This document shows positions 10,591 through 20,553 of a stretch of 35,521 nt of DNA, one piece after another. The notes beneath the pieces are model-generated. The model did not search any database and had not been told where the DNA came from. It saw only the letters and a program-made list of their open reading frames with translations. Source of the DNA: Acidobacteriaceae bacterium (GTDB taxonomy: Bacteria > Acidobacteriota > Terriglobia > Terriglobales > Acidobacteriaceae); the NCBI GenBank assembly GCA_035537215.1, contig DATLMQ010000026.1, positions 1 through 35,521 of the forward strand. Direction: 5' to 3'. Both the position numbers and the translations under genes were made by a program. The number at the start of each line of letters is the position of its first letter. Within the stretch, counting starts at the first letter, position 1.

Positions 10591-11109
10591 TCAGGCTACC
10601 CGCTGAGTGCCACCTTGAGGGAGTGGCGACGCGGGTGCGGCCTTCGCGCCGGGCGCATGGACGCCGAACTCGCGTCCAGCGAAGAGGGCCGCCTCGGCCG
10701 CGCGCCGCCGCACCAGCCCCGAAATCACCTCGCCGCCGGCGTGCACCCACAAGCCGAACTGGACAAGAACACTCGCAAACTCGCCCCGGTTGACATACTT
10801 GAGCAGGCTGGAATTCACGAAGTTACCTCGCCCCGTGTTGAAGCAGAAATCCACCAGCGCATCGAACTGCCGCTGGGTGAGGTCCACCGTCACGGCCCGG
10901 CGAACGCAGGCGATCGCCGCGGCAAGATCCACTCGCAGGAGTGCCTCGGCCTCGAACTCGCTGATCCGCTGGCCCTGGTGGACCTCAGGCCCGGTATGCC
11001 CATAGCCGATGGTCCAGACGGCAGCGCAGTCCTGATAGGCGCTAAGCCTGAGGCCCTCGAAGCTGCGTGTCAGGGCAAAGCCTTCGTTGCTGTAGTCGTA
11101 TTGCCTCAT
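10591..11109 (-). CDS. GH24 phage-type lysozyme (endolysin-like)
   Basis: FEGLRLSAYQDCAAVWTIGYGHT (E-x8-D-x5-T triad), QFDALVDFCFNTG, GLVRRRAAEAALF; start at ATG 11109 with AAGGAGG upstream; no signal peptide or SAR helix evident. Confidence 0.93.
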   Translation of the reverse strand: MRQYDYSNEGFALTRSFEGLRLSAYQDCAAVWTIGYGHTGPEVHQGQRISEFEAEALLRVDLAAAIACVRRAVTVDLTQRQFDALVDFCFNTGRGNFVNSSLLKYVNRGEFASVLVQFGLWVHAGGEVISGLVRRRAAEAALFAGREFGVHAPGAKAAPASPLPQGGTQRVA

Positions 11110-11282
11110 AGGAGAAGCGCGCCTCCTTGCGCGCGGTTGGAAACTGGTGATTGGTGTGGTGAGTCCGAAACCGCTGCCGGCGCATCGAATACCGTTCGGC
11201 AGGCGAGCCCAGCGCGGGCGTAAACTTGAAGGCGTTCCCCGCACCTGCACGTGCAAGCCCCGACAGAATGGAGCGCATTCCC

Positions 11283-12749
11283 TTGGCAACAGAGACAACG
11301 TATGACCTCGCGGTCCTAGGCGGAGGACCCGCCGGCTACACCTGTGCAATCCGCGCCGCCCAGCTCGGCCTCAAGGTCGCGCTCATTGAAAAAACCGACA
11401 AGCTCGGCGGTACCTGCCTGCATTGGGGCTGCATCCCGACCAAGTCGCTGCTGTTCTCCGCAGAGGTCTGGGATCACCTGAAGCACGCACCAAACCTCGG
11501 CATCGACGGCGTCGAGAAGCCCACGCTGAACTGGGAAAACCTGCTCAAGCGCAAGAACGACATCGTCCTCAAGCACACCAAGGGTCTTGATTTCCTGATG
11601 AAGAAGAACAAGATCACGGTGGTGCGCGGGCATGGTCGTCTCACCGGTGCCGCGAAAGACGGGGTCTTCACCCTTCAGGTGACCGACGAGGACAAGGGCA
11701 AGGGCCGCGATCTGCAGGCCGAAGGCTATACGCAGCAGACCAAGACCGACGTAAAGGCCAAGAAGGTCGCGCTCGCCATGGGCTCCGACGCGCGCATGCT
11801 GCCTGGCTACCAGGCTGATGACACCATCCTGACCAACATGCAGGTGCTCACACTGCCGCAGATGCCTAAGTCCATGGTCGTCATCGGTTCGGGAGCCGTT
11901 GGGGTTGAGTTCGCCTCGGTGTTCAAGAGTTTTGGCGCTGACGTCACTATTCTCGAAGCTCTGCCGCGCGTCGTTCCCGTCGAGGACGAAGAGGTCTCAA
12001 AGGAGCTCACCCGCCAGTACAAGAAGCGTGGGATTGAGATCAACACCTCCTGCAAGGTAGAGAAGATCGAGAAGACCAAGACCGGCGCAAAGATCAGCTG
12101 GGTCGACGCCTCTGGAAAGCCGCAGTCCAAGGAGGCTGAGAAGGTTCTCGTCGCTGTGGGTCGCGCACCGCGCACCTACGACGCTGGACTGGATACTGTG
12201 GGCCTCCAGCTCGATCGCGGTTTCGTCACCGTGAATGAATGGATGGAGACTGCCGTACCCGGCCTCTACGCCATCGGCGATATCGTGGCCGGGCTTCCTC
12301 AACTGGCGCACGTCGGCGCAATGGCGGGCATCGTTGTTGCCTCGAAGCTCGCCGGCAAGTACGCGCGCGCCGTCCGCAAGGATCGCGTCCCCGGCTGCAC
12401 GTACTGCGATCCGCAGATCGGCAGTGTCGGATTGACAGAAGCACAAGCCAAGGAAAAGGGCTATCAGGTCAAGGTCGGCAAGTTCCCCTTCGTCGGCAAC
12501 TCCAAAGCCACTATCGTGGACGCGCATGATGGCTTCGTAAAAGTCGTTTCCGATGCCAAGTATGGCGAGATTCTCGGCGTTCACATCATCGGCCCGCAGG
12601 CGACCGAGCTGATCAGCGAGTGCGTCACCGCCATGGAACTCGAGGCCACGGTGGAAGAGATGATGTTCACCATCCACGCCCACCCGACCCTCTACGAGTC
12701 GCTGCTCGACGGCTTCTCCAGCGTTGAAGGCATGGCGATCAACGTTTAG
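11283..12749 (+). CDS. lpdA: Dihydrolipoyl dehydrogenase (E3)
   Basis: GGGPAGY FAD motif, GGTCLHWGCIPTK redox disulfide, GSGAVGVE NAD motif, HAHPTLYE; probable TTG start at 11283 after GGAG. Confidence 0.96.
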   Translation: MATETTYDLAVLGGGPAGYTCAIRAAQLGLKVALIEKTDKLGGTCLHWGCIPTKSLLFSAEVWDHLKHAPNLGIDGVEKPTLNWENLLKRKNDIVLKHTKGLDFLMKKNKITVVRGHGRLTGAAKDGVFTLQVTDEDKGKGRDLQAEGYTQQTKTDVKAKKVALAMGSDARMLPGYQADDTILTNMQVLTLPQMPKSMVVIGSGAVGVEFASVFKSFGADVTILEALPRVVPVEDEEVSKELTRQYKKRGIEINTSCKVEKIEKTKTGAKISWVDASGKPQSKEAEKVLVAVGRAPRTYDAGLDTVGLQLDRGFVTVNEWMETAVPGLYAIGDIVAGLPQLAHVGAMAGIVVASKLAGKYARAVRKDRVPGCTYCDPQIGSVGLTEAQAKEKGYQVKVGKFPFVGNSKATIVDAHDGFVKVVSDAKYGEILGVHIIGPQATELISECVTAMELEATVEEMMFTIHAHPTLYESLLDGFSSVEGMAINV

Positions 12750-12809
12750 CCCCGCGGGGGCCGGAGCGCGAAAGGCTTACAGCGCTACGGCTCTCGTTCG
12801 AGGAGCCTC

Positions 12810-13283
12810 ATGACCCAGGAATCCCGTCCCCCGCTGCCGCCCTTTAGCTTCGAAACTGCAACCGAAAAGGTGCGCAAAGCGGAGGACGCCTGGAACACCC
12901 GCGACCCACACAAGGTCTCGCTTGCGTACACCTCCGACAGCCAGTGGCGTAATCGCGCCGACTTCCTGCAGGGCCGCGAGCAGATCATCGCCTTCCTCAC
13001 GGGCAAGTGGAACCGCGAACTCGACTACCGCCTCGTCAAAGAGCTCTGGGCCTTTGCCGGCAACCGCATCGCCGTCCGCTTCGCCTACGAGTGCCATGAC
13101 GCCTCCGGTCGGTGGTTCCGCTCCTATGGCAACGAAAACTGGGAGTTCGACGAAAACGGCCTCATGCGTCGGCGCTTGGCCAGCATCAACGATCTCGCGA
13201 TCACCCCGGAAGAGCGGCTCTTCCACTGGCCCCTGGGCTCCCGGCCCATTGACCACCCCAGTCTCTCCGAGATGGGCCTCTAG
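12810..13283 (+). CDS. SnoaL/NTF2-like protein (DUF1348 type)
   Basis: [56 protein letters not shown]. Confidence 0.9.
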   Translation: MTQESRPPLPPFSFETATEKVRKAEDAWNTRDPHKVSLAYTSDSQWRNRADFLQGREQIIAFLTGKWNRELDYRLVKELWAFAGNRIAVRFAYECHDASGRWFRSYGNENWEFDENGLMRRRLASINDLAITPEERLFHWPLGSRPIDHPSLSEMGL

Positions 13284-13286
13284 AAC

Positions 13287-14015
<729 letters not shown>

Positions 14016-14233
14016 CCGCTAGGTTCTCGATCTCGATACCTGGGAAGCGCAAGCTGGCGAGCCCGCGATGGACCCCTCTGCCGATCAATCTGTTCACCTG
14101 TAAATTCTCGCCCGATTCACGGAACGCTTATCGTGCCGAGACGTAGTGCCGCTATCTCTAAGTTGGCGGTACTGCGGTCGTGTCCGATGTGGGCCTTCGT
14201 GCAAGACCGCGAATCATCATTGGAGACTCCTAA

Positions 14234-15442
14234 ATGCATCCGTTGCGCCCCTCGCACCTTCTGGGCACCTGCGCACTTCTCGCTGCTTGCGGTATCAGCG
14301 CCGCTGCGCAGCAAGTCAAGACCGTCTTCGTCATCGCGATGGAGAACCACAACTGGACCCAGCCCGCCAACCAGTTCTCCGGCGGAATCCAGCAGATCTA
14401 CATGAACCCCAACGCCCCGTTCATCAACAGCCTGGTCAACGGGACGGCCTGGGCAGAGGTCAACGGTCGCACCCAGCACATCAGCGAGCAGGTCTCCTAC
14501 AGCATCGCCTACCACAACGTGCTCGCCACCCCCAGCGGCAACAACCCGCACATCCATCCGTCCGAGCCCAACTACCTCTGGTCGGAGGCCGGCACCAACT
14601 TCGGTGTCCTGAACGACAACGATCCCTTTGCCGCCAAAGGCGGCACGAACCAGAACACGACCCAGCATCTGGTGACCCTGCTGACCAATGCCGGCCACAC
14701 CTGGAAGTCCTATCAGGAGGATGTCGACCTGGCCCGCGACGCCAACAACCAACTCACGAACATCCCCTTATCGCCCAACCAGTACACCGTTCCGCTCAGC
14801 AGCTTCTCCGGTCGCTTCTCCACCGGCGTAAACCAGTTCAACGGCTCCAATCAGTACAACTACGCCGCCAAGCACAATCCCATGGTCTTCTTCACCGACA
14901 CGAACGGTGGCAATGATCCCTCCACCTCGAACCCCTTGGCCAGGCAGTATGCTCCGCTGCAGCAGTTGTTCACCGATCTCGCCAACAACACCGTGGCGGA
15001 GTACAACTGGATCACTCCGAACCAGTACAACGACATGCACACCGCGCTCAGCGGCGGCTACAAGGGCCTTACCGGCGACGCGGCCAATATCCGCCAGGGC
15101 GACGACTTCCTGGCGCAGGTCATCCCCGTCATCATGGCCTCCAAGGCCTATCAGGACAACGGTGTCATCATCCTCTGGTGGGACGAGGCCGAGGGCGATG
15201 GGATGAGCGGTGACAATGCCGACGACTTCGCCCACACCGTTGCCGAAATCATCATCTCCAAGCATGCCCACAAGAACGACCACGGCGTTCCCTACGCGAG
15301 CACCGTCAACCTGACGCACTCTTCTGACCTTAAGACCATGGAGGAGACCTTCAAGTTGCAGCCGCTCCTGGGCGATGCTGCAAACGCAAGCGACCTCTCC
15401 GATCTCTTCCAGCCCGGCGTAATCCCCGGCAACCGCCACTAG
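14234..15442 (+). CDS. Secreted phosphoesterase (acid phosphatase/phospholipase C-like, alkaline phosphatase superfamily)
   Basis: Signal peptide, VFVIAMENH, HPSEPNY, KHNP, NDMH, WWDE motifs. Confidence 0.85.
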   Translation: MHPLRPSHLLGTCALLAACGISAAAQQVKTVFVIAMENHNWTQPANQFSGGIQQIYMNPNAPFINSLVNGTAWAEVNGRTQHISEQVSYSIAYHNVLATPSGNNPHIHPSEPNYLWSEAGTNFGVLNDNDPFAAKGGTNQNTTQHLVTLLTNAGHTWKSYQEDVDLARDANNQLTNIPLSPNQYTVPLSSFSGRFSTGVNQFNGSNQYNYAAKHNPMVFFTDTNGGNDPSTSNPLARQYAPLQQLFTDLANNTVAEYNWITPNQYNDMHTALSGGYKGLTGDAANIRQGDDFLAQVIPVIMASKAYQDNGVIILWWDEAEGDGMSGDNADDFAHTVAEIIISKHAHKNDHGVPYASTVNLTHSSDLKTMEETFKLQPLLGDAANASDLSDLFQPGVIPGNRH

Positions 15443-15488
15443 GAATCGCCCGGACAACCTCTCCCGGGCTTCTCTGTACAGACCCCCA

Positions 15489-15533
15489 AACGGCGCAGGA
15501 CCGCAAACCAGCGGGCTGCGCCGTTGCTTTTTT
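15489..15533 (+). terminator. Intrinsic terminator after phosphoesterase
   Basis: AACGGCGCAG...CTGCGCCGTT outer stem with inner CCGC/GCGG stem, followed by GCTTTTTT. Confidence 0.65.
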
Positions 15534-15629
15534 AACCTGCATCTCCACCGGGCAGCCCCGTCGCTCACCGGGAATCAGCTTCGGAGTCCGCTAACCGCAC
15601 CACGTGGTCTAGGGTCTCGCTCCGGCCCG

Positions 15630-15635
15630 TATAAT
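15630..15635 (+). promoter_or_regulatory. sigma70-type -10 box for the E2 gene
   Basis: Perfect TATAAT about 50 nt upstream of ATG 15686; -35 not obvious. Confidence 0.5.
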
Positions 15636-15685
15636 TTCTAGTTGCGCCCGCACGCGCCGATTGCCCCGAATGGAGAAGGCCCCTC

Positions 15686-17395
15686 ATGCCGACCGACGTA
15701 GTTATGCCCCAGATGGGCGAATCCATCACCGAAGGCACCCTCACCAAGTGGCTCAAGAAGCCCGGCGATACCGTCGCACGTGACGAACCCCTCTTCGAGA
15801 TCTCCACGGACAAGGTCGACGCCGAGATCCCCTCGCCCGTCGCCGGCACCCTCGGCGAGCTCAAGGTCCAGGAAGGCGCCACGGTGGGCATCAATACGGT
15901 CGTCTGCACCGTGAACGAAGACGGCGCCAGCCCCGCTGCCGCCCCGGCCGCCTCTACGCCCAGCTCCGCCGAGGACACCGTTACCCCGGCCGCTGTGGAC
16001 ACCGCCACACGCGATCAGCAAGCTACCCAGGAGGCCCTGGCTCCGGCTCCAGGCAGTTCGAACGGCGCCGCAGGTAGCCCCGGCACCGAAGTCCTCATGC
16101 CCCAGATGGGCGAATCCATCACCGAGGGCACCATCACCAAATGGCTCAAGAAGGTCGGTGACACCGTTGGACGCGACGAGCCCATCTTCGAGATCTCCAC
16201 GGACAAGGTGGACGCCGAGATTCCCTCGCCCGTCGCTGGCACCTTGAGCGAAATCAAAGTCCCTGAAGGATCTACCGTAACGATCAACACCGTCGTCGCG
16301 GTCATCGGCGGTACGTCCGGGGCTCCTGCGGCCGCACCCAAGGCCGCCCAGTCCGCTTCGCCGCACACCAGGGAGACCGCCCAGGTCCCGCAGCTCACCA
16401 CTCCGTCCTCAACCCCCGCGGCCCAAGCTTCGGCCTCCGCCTCTGCCGGCGAAGCCCCTCGCTCCTCACCCCTCGTCCGCAAGATCGCCTCGGAAAACAA
16501 CGTTGATCTCGGGCAGGTCTCCGGTACGGGCGCTTCGGGCCGCATCACCAAGCAGGACATCACCGCCCACCTCGAAGGCGGTGCCAAACCCGCGTCTGCC
16601 GCGTCCACGTCCTCTGCGGCTCCCGCCCAACAGATCGCCTCCGCGCCGGCCACCACCGCTCCTGCGAAGGCCGTTACCCCCACACCGCTCCCAGGCGAAC
16701 TCGTGCCCATGTCGAAGATGCGCGCTATCATCGCCAAGCGCATGGTCGAATCCAAGCAGACCAGCGCCCACGTCCATACCGTCTTCAAAGTGGACATGAC
16801 GCGCATTGTCAAACTGCGGGAAAAAGAAAAGAACAAGTACGAGCAGCGCAACGGCGTAAAGCTCACCTACATGCCGTTCATCACCCGCGCGGCCGTGCAG
16901 GCGCTTCGCAAGCACCCCATCGTCAACGCCTCCACTCAGGGCGACGCCATCCTTTATGGCAAGAACATCAACATCGGCATAGCAGTCGCGCTCGAGTGGG
17001 GCCTCATCGTTCCAGTCATCAAGCAGTCCGAAGAGAAATCCTTCCTAGGCATCGCCCGCTCCATTGTCGACCTCGCCGACCGCGCCCGCTCCAAGAAGCT
17101 CGCTCCCGATGACGTTGCCGGCGGCACCTTCACCCTCACCAACTCCGGCATCTTCGGCGAGCAATTCGGTACGCCTATCATCGCGCAGCCGCAGTCCGCA
17201 ATCCTGGGTATCGGCGGCCTCAATAAGGAGCCGATGGTCCTCACCGACAAGGACGGCAACGACAGCATCGCCGTGCGCTCCATCCAACGCTTCACGCTCG
17301 GTTTCGACCACCGCATCATCGATGGTGCCGACGCCGGCAAGTTCATGAGCGACTTCAAAGCCTATCTCGAGAACTGGTCTGAAGACATCGGATAA
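15686..17395 (+). CDS. sucB: 2-oxoacid dehydrogenase E2 (dihydrolipoamide acyltransferase, SucB/DlaT type) with two lipoyl domains
   Basis: Two EISTDKVDAEIPSP lipoyl motifs, E3-binding domain (SPLVRKIA...GTGASGRITKQD), catalytic DHRIIDG; substrate specificity cannot be determined from sequence. Confidence 0.88.
   Translation: MPTDVVMPQMGESITEGTLTKWLKKPGDTVARDEPLFEISTDKVDAEIPSPVAGTLGELKVQEGATVGINTVVCTVNEDGASPAAAPAASTPSSAEDTVTPAAVDTATRDQQATQEALAPAPGSSNGAAGSPGTEVLMPQMGESITEGTITKWLKKVGDTVGRDEPIFEISTDKVDAEIPSPVAGTLSEIKVPEGSTVTINTVVAVIGGTSGAPAAAPKAAQSASPHTRETAQVPQLTTPSSTPAAQASASASAGEAPRSSPLVRKIASENNVDLGQVSGTGASGRITKQDITAHLEGGAKPASAASTSSAAPAQQIASAPATTAPAKAVTPTPLPGELVPMSKMRAIIAKRMVESKQTSAHVHTVFKVDMTRIVKLREKEKNKYEQRNGVKLTYMPFITRAAVQALRKHPIVNASTQGDAILYGKNINIGIAVALEWGLIVPVIKQSEEKSFLGIARSIVDLADRARSKKLAPDDVAGGTFTLTNSGIFGEQFGTPIIAQPQSAILGIGGLNKEPMVLTDKDGNDSIAVRSIQRFTLGFDHRIIDGADAGKFMSDFKAYLENWSEDIG
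15704..16298 (+). repeat. Intragenic duplication encoding the two lipoyl domains (about 15704-15905 and 16097-16298)
   Basis: Both copies begin ATGCCCCAGATGGGCGAATCCATCACCGA and share TTCGAGATCTCCACGGACAAGGT. Confidence 0.85.
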
Positions 17396-17412
17396 TCTTC
17401 ACCTGAAACTAC

Positions 17413-17452
17413 ACAATAGGGCGGCAGACCATCAGGTCTGCCGCCCTATTGT
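17413..17452. terminator. Bidirectional terminator between sucB and the convergent phage-like cluster
   Basis: Perfect 18-bp inverted repeat ACAATAGGGCGGCAGACC-ATCA-GGTCTGCCGCCCTATTGT. Confidence 0.85.
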
Positions 17453-17465
17453 TTGTCAGATAGTA

Positions 17466-17789
17466 CTAAGCCGCTGTGGTCGCGGTCGACGTGCTCGCCG
17501 CCGTGGTCGAAGCCACGCTCACCGGCGTGCTCGTCCCCTTGTGCCAGATGCTGGCATTCAGGCAGGCCACAATGCCGTCAACGATGCAACCCAGCGCGGA
17601 CGTGAAGCTCGCCGGGTCCACAATCGTCTTCTGCTCCACAGCATTGGTGATGTTGATCGCCGAAGTGACAATGCTCAGCGCAGCTTCCTTCTTCTGCTCC
17701 CCCGTCTTCGCGCCAAACAGCGACTCAATCCCCTGGATCACGCTAGGCAGTAGTGCGATTCCCCGCAAAAATAGAATCAAGAATCCCAT
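17466..17789 (-). CDS. Putative holin-like protein (LL-H-like)
   Basis: 107 aa, hydrophobic N-terminus followed by IQGIESLFGAKTGEQKKEAAL resembling the GxxKKxxA pattern of LL-H-type holins; last gene of the cluster. Confidence 0.5.
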   Translation of the reverse strand: MGFLILFLRGIALLPSVIQGIESLFGAKTGEQKKEAALSIVTSAINITNAVEQKTIVDPASFTSALGCIVDGIVACLNASIWHKGTSTPVSVASTTAASTSTATTAA

Positions 17790-17836
17790 CTCCTTCTCAT
17801 CTTTCCGCCCTGAGCCTCAGCTCGTCGGCCCTTCTC

Positions 17837-18058
17837 TTAATGTTTTCCGCTCAACCATGTGATTGCCACGTGCAGCAGTGTCAGCACCGCACCGAAGGCC
17901 CCACCCAGGCCCTTCAGCCGTTGCACACTGCGCTCGTGCGAATCCACCCTATGTTCCAACTTATGTAACCGGCCCGGCTGCCCAATCCCCAGCAGCTCTC
18001 TCATCTGTGCCTTCAGCACACTCAGCTCGCTCAGCACCTGCCGTTCGAACTCCGTCAT
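17837..18058 (-). CDS. Small coiled-coil plus C-terminal TM protein (XhlA-like holin/lysis accessory)
   Basis: MTEFERQVLSELSVLKAQM...LEHRVDSHE then one TM segment (GLGGAFGAVLTLLHVAITWL); GAGG upstream; position after tail genes. Confidence 0.55.
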   Translation of the reverse strand: MTEFERQVLSELSVLKAQMRELLGIGQPGRLHKLEHRVDSHERSVQRLKGLGGAFGAVLTLLHVAITWLSGKH

Positions 18059-18106
18059 CCCACACCTCATCCTTCGTTCGTCAACGGCGTCTGCCGTGCG
18101 AACTCC

Positions 18107-20506
18107 TTAGCCCAGCGGCACATTCACAAACACCGCACTCGAGAACCTCGAATACAGCATCGGTGTGCTCGCGTCATACATGCGCACGTAATAGCGCTCT
18201 ATCTGTGCGGCCCTGGGTATCGAGAAGCTTCGCACGGGGCTGCGCAGCACCAGATCCGCCGTGTCCACTCCCATGCCAAACTTCCAATCCCTGCGCCGCA
18301 CCTCAAATCCACCGCCCGCCGGCGGATCACATCCCGCATCCAGCTGGATCTCCGTCCCATTGATGCTGGTGGCCGTCAGCTGCTGCAGGTTCGACAGCAC
18401 CTGTGCCGGCGCTGTGTTCGCCTCGCTCGGCAATACAGCATCCCCGGCGATCGACTCACTTAGCCTCAGTCCCAGACCATCCGCCCACTCCGTCGCCCAG
18501 TCGTTCGCAAAGCGAATCGAGTAGTGCAGCACCTCGGGCACACCATGCCCATCCTTCAGCTCCACACTCCGCACCAGCAGCGAAGAGGTCACACCTGCGC
18601 TCGTGATCGCCAGCACGTCTCCGGGCCAGATGTCCCCGGTTGGATTGATCACGGCATAGTGTCCCGCCACCGCCGCCGTCCGGCTCGTTGCAAATGCCAG
18701 CACCGCCTCCGCGGCGGCCTCGCAATCTGCACTAGACCGCGCTTTCGGTTGCTGCACCTTCCCGATCCACCGACTCAGGCCACCGACGCCGGCTCGTGCT
18801 CCAGCTTGCGCCTCGGCTTCTAGGCTCGCCGTATCTACCAGCCGCGCCACAGATCGCTGCTCTCCGCGATACTGCACCGTTACCCGCTCTCCCACTCCAG
18901 GCACGCACCCCGCGAGAAACGTCACCTCTCCCGGCGTCCCGGCGCTCGAGCCGTAGCTCACCACGCAGTCCACACCTTCGCCCGCAGCCCCCATCAACCT
19001 TGTCTGCTTCGATCCGTCCGGGAGTGTGCTGACCACCCATCCGCTTCCCGGACGAGTGACCTTCACCGTCCGAACAGAGCCGAGGATCTGTGTGCAGTTC
19101 GCCACAACGAAGACGCAGCTGGCAGGAGACTCAGCCACAGAGCCCGTCGTCACCGCGCTGTCGTATAGCACCGTCGCCAGCGTGTTCGAGCTCGCCCCCT
19201 CATCCACCAGCTCGAAAACGATATCGATAGGTGCGTCGATCCCGGCTCCGCTGCCGAAGCCGTGCACCACCCCATCGGCCATGCAGTAATACCGCTGCGA
19301 CACCCGCTGCATCTCCACACTGTGGAACCGAAGTCGCAGCGTGTACGCATGTCCTGCGACCGGAGTAAAGCTCGCACCCACCTCAGCTCCATTCAGGAAC
19401 GGAATCAGCAGAGTCGCACTACCCGTAGTGCTTGTGCTCTGACGCACGCGAAATCCGGCGAAGCAGTCGCCAAGTAGTGAGGTCCCTTGATACAGCCCTG
19501 CCAGCATGCCATCGGAAGCCGGTCCAAGAGTCACTCCACCCAGCTCGACGACCACACTGCCGCCCATCTCTATCGCGTCCACTGCGGTCAACGTCGTCTG
19601 CCCGTCCTGGCCATTTCCGCCATTCAGAGTTAGGCCGCCGCCACCCAGTGCCACGTATCCGCCCGGATCCGCGATCTCCCACTGCGTCGAGTCGATCTCC
19701 GCGCGGTCGAAGCTGTCATAAAGCAGCGTGCGATTCGCCTCGCGGTACATCGGCCCACTCAGCTTGAACACTGTCGTGGTCCCATCTCCCGCAAAGTTCT
19801 CGCTGATGTAAGCCGCCGGCTCCTCTTCGCCTGACAAAGTGACATCGTTCGCCAGTTCTCGAACGTTGCTCACCTGCAGCTCACTCACGCTCAAGCTTCC
19901 GTCTGCATCGCTGAAAGCATGCGTGACCGACCCCGCCGACTGCAGCATCACCTGCCCATTCAGCGAGCGATAACCCGCGTAAGCAGCGCTCGCAGCATCC
20001 CCAGCGTTCACACTCCACGGCACACCCGTACGCGGGGAATACACCCCGCTCACGCGTGCGCTCGTAACCTGCTCTGTCCTCAGCGTGCTCGTTTGCCCCG
20101 CCTGTACCCTCGCCGTCAGCCGCGCTAACAGAGCATTGCCGTCCAACGACAACGAAACCGCTGCTTCAGTCGAAGCCCCCGATCCCATCCTGTCCAGCAG
20201 CCACTCGTCGCTCACGGCGCTCATGCGTGCTCGATACACAGGCCCTGTGCTCGCCTCCCCCGCATACACACGCACTGGCTCGGTTGCCAGATATCCGGTA
20301 AAGAGGATGTTCCCCGCATCCCCCTCCACCACCACGCGGCCCAGCCGCGAGGGCAGCGGAAGCCCCACAGTCGCCACGACCACATCTGCCGTGCAGCGAG
20401 TCGGCGCATTCAACGTTCGTTGAACCGTAATCGGTCCCTCAGGCACAACCGCGGATGTGTAGTCGCGCGCACCCAGTCCATCCAGGTTATCGATCGTGAT
20501 CCGCAA
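18107..20506 (-). CDS. Putative tail tip/baseplate hub protein
   Basis: 799 aa beta-rich; hub-like N- and C-terminal parts (ITVQRTLNAPTRC; IWPGDVLAIT), FAGDGTTTVFKL and GEVTF...PGVGERVTVQY motifs similar to distal-tail/fibre modules; follows the tube gene. Confidence 0.6.
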   Translation of the reverse strand: MRITIDNLDGLGARDYTSAVVPEGPITVQRTLNAPTRCTADVVVATVGLPLPSRLGRVVVEGDAGNILFTGYLATEPVRVYAGEASTGPVYRARMSAVSDEWLLDRMGSGASTEAAVSLSLDGNALLARLTARVQAGQTSTLRTEQVTSARVSGVYSPRTGVPWSVNAGDAASAAYAGYRSLNGQVMLQSAGSVTHAFSDADGSLSVSELQVSNVRELANDVTLSGEEEPAAYISENFAGDGTTTVFKLSGPMYREANRTLLYDSFDRAEIDSTQWEIADPGGYVALGGGGLTLNGGNGQDGQTTLTAVDAIEMGGSVVVELGGVTLGPASDGMLAGLYQGTSLLGDCFAGFRVRQSTSTTGSATLLIPFLNGAEVGASFTPVAGHAYTLRLRFHSVEMQRVSQRYYCMADGVVHGFGSGAGIDAPIDIVFELVDEGASSNTLATVLYDSAVTTGSVAESPASCVFVVANCTQILGSVRTVKVTRPGSGWVVSTLPDGSKQTRLMGAAGEGVDCVVSYGSSAGTPGEVTFLAGCVPGVGERVTVQYRGEQRSVARLVDTASLEAEAQAGARAGVGGLSRWIGKVQQPKARSSADCEAAAEAVLAFATSRTAAVAGHYAVINPTGDIWPGDVLAITSAGVTSSLLVRSVELKDGHGVPEVLHYSIRFANDWATEWADGLGLRLSESIAGDAVLPSEANTAPAQVLSNLQQLTATSINGTEIQLDAGCDPPAGGGFEVRRRDWKFGMGVDTADLVLRSPVRSFSIPRAAQIERYYVRMYDASTPMLYSRFSSAVFVNVPLG

Positions 20507-20553
20507 CCCTACCCCCTCTGTTCGATCAACTCAATGCGCCGCCGTCGCGGCCT

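Noticed and set aside
15704-16298. Long direct repeat as a mobile or recombination signal
   Set aside because: Explained by the ordinary tandem lipoyl domains of E2
17944-17971. TTATGTAACC resembling a XerD arm of a dif site, in an AT-rich patch
   Set aside because: No matching XerC arm (ATAA-N6-TTAT symmetry absent), lies inside a coding region, and is away from the skew transition
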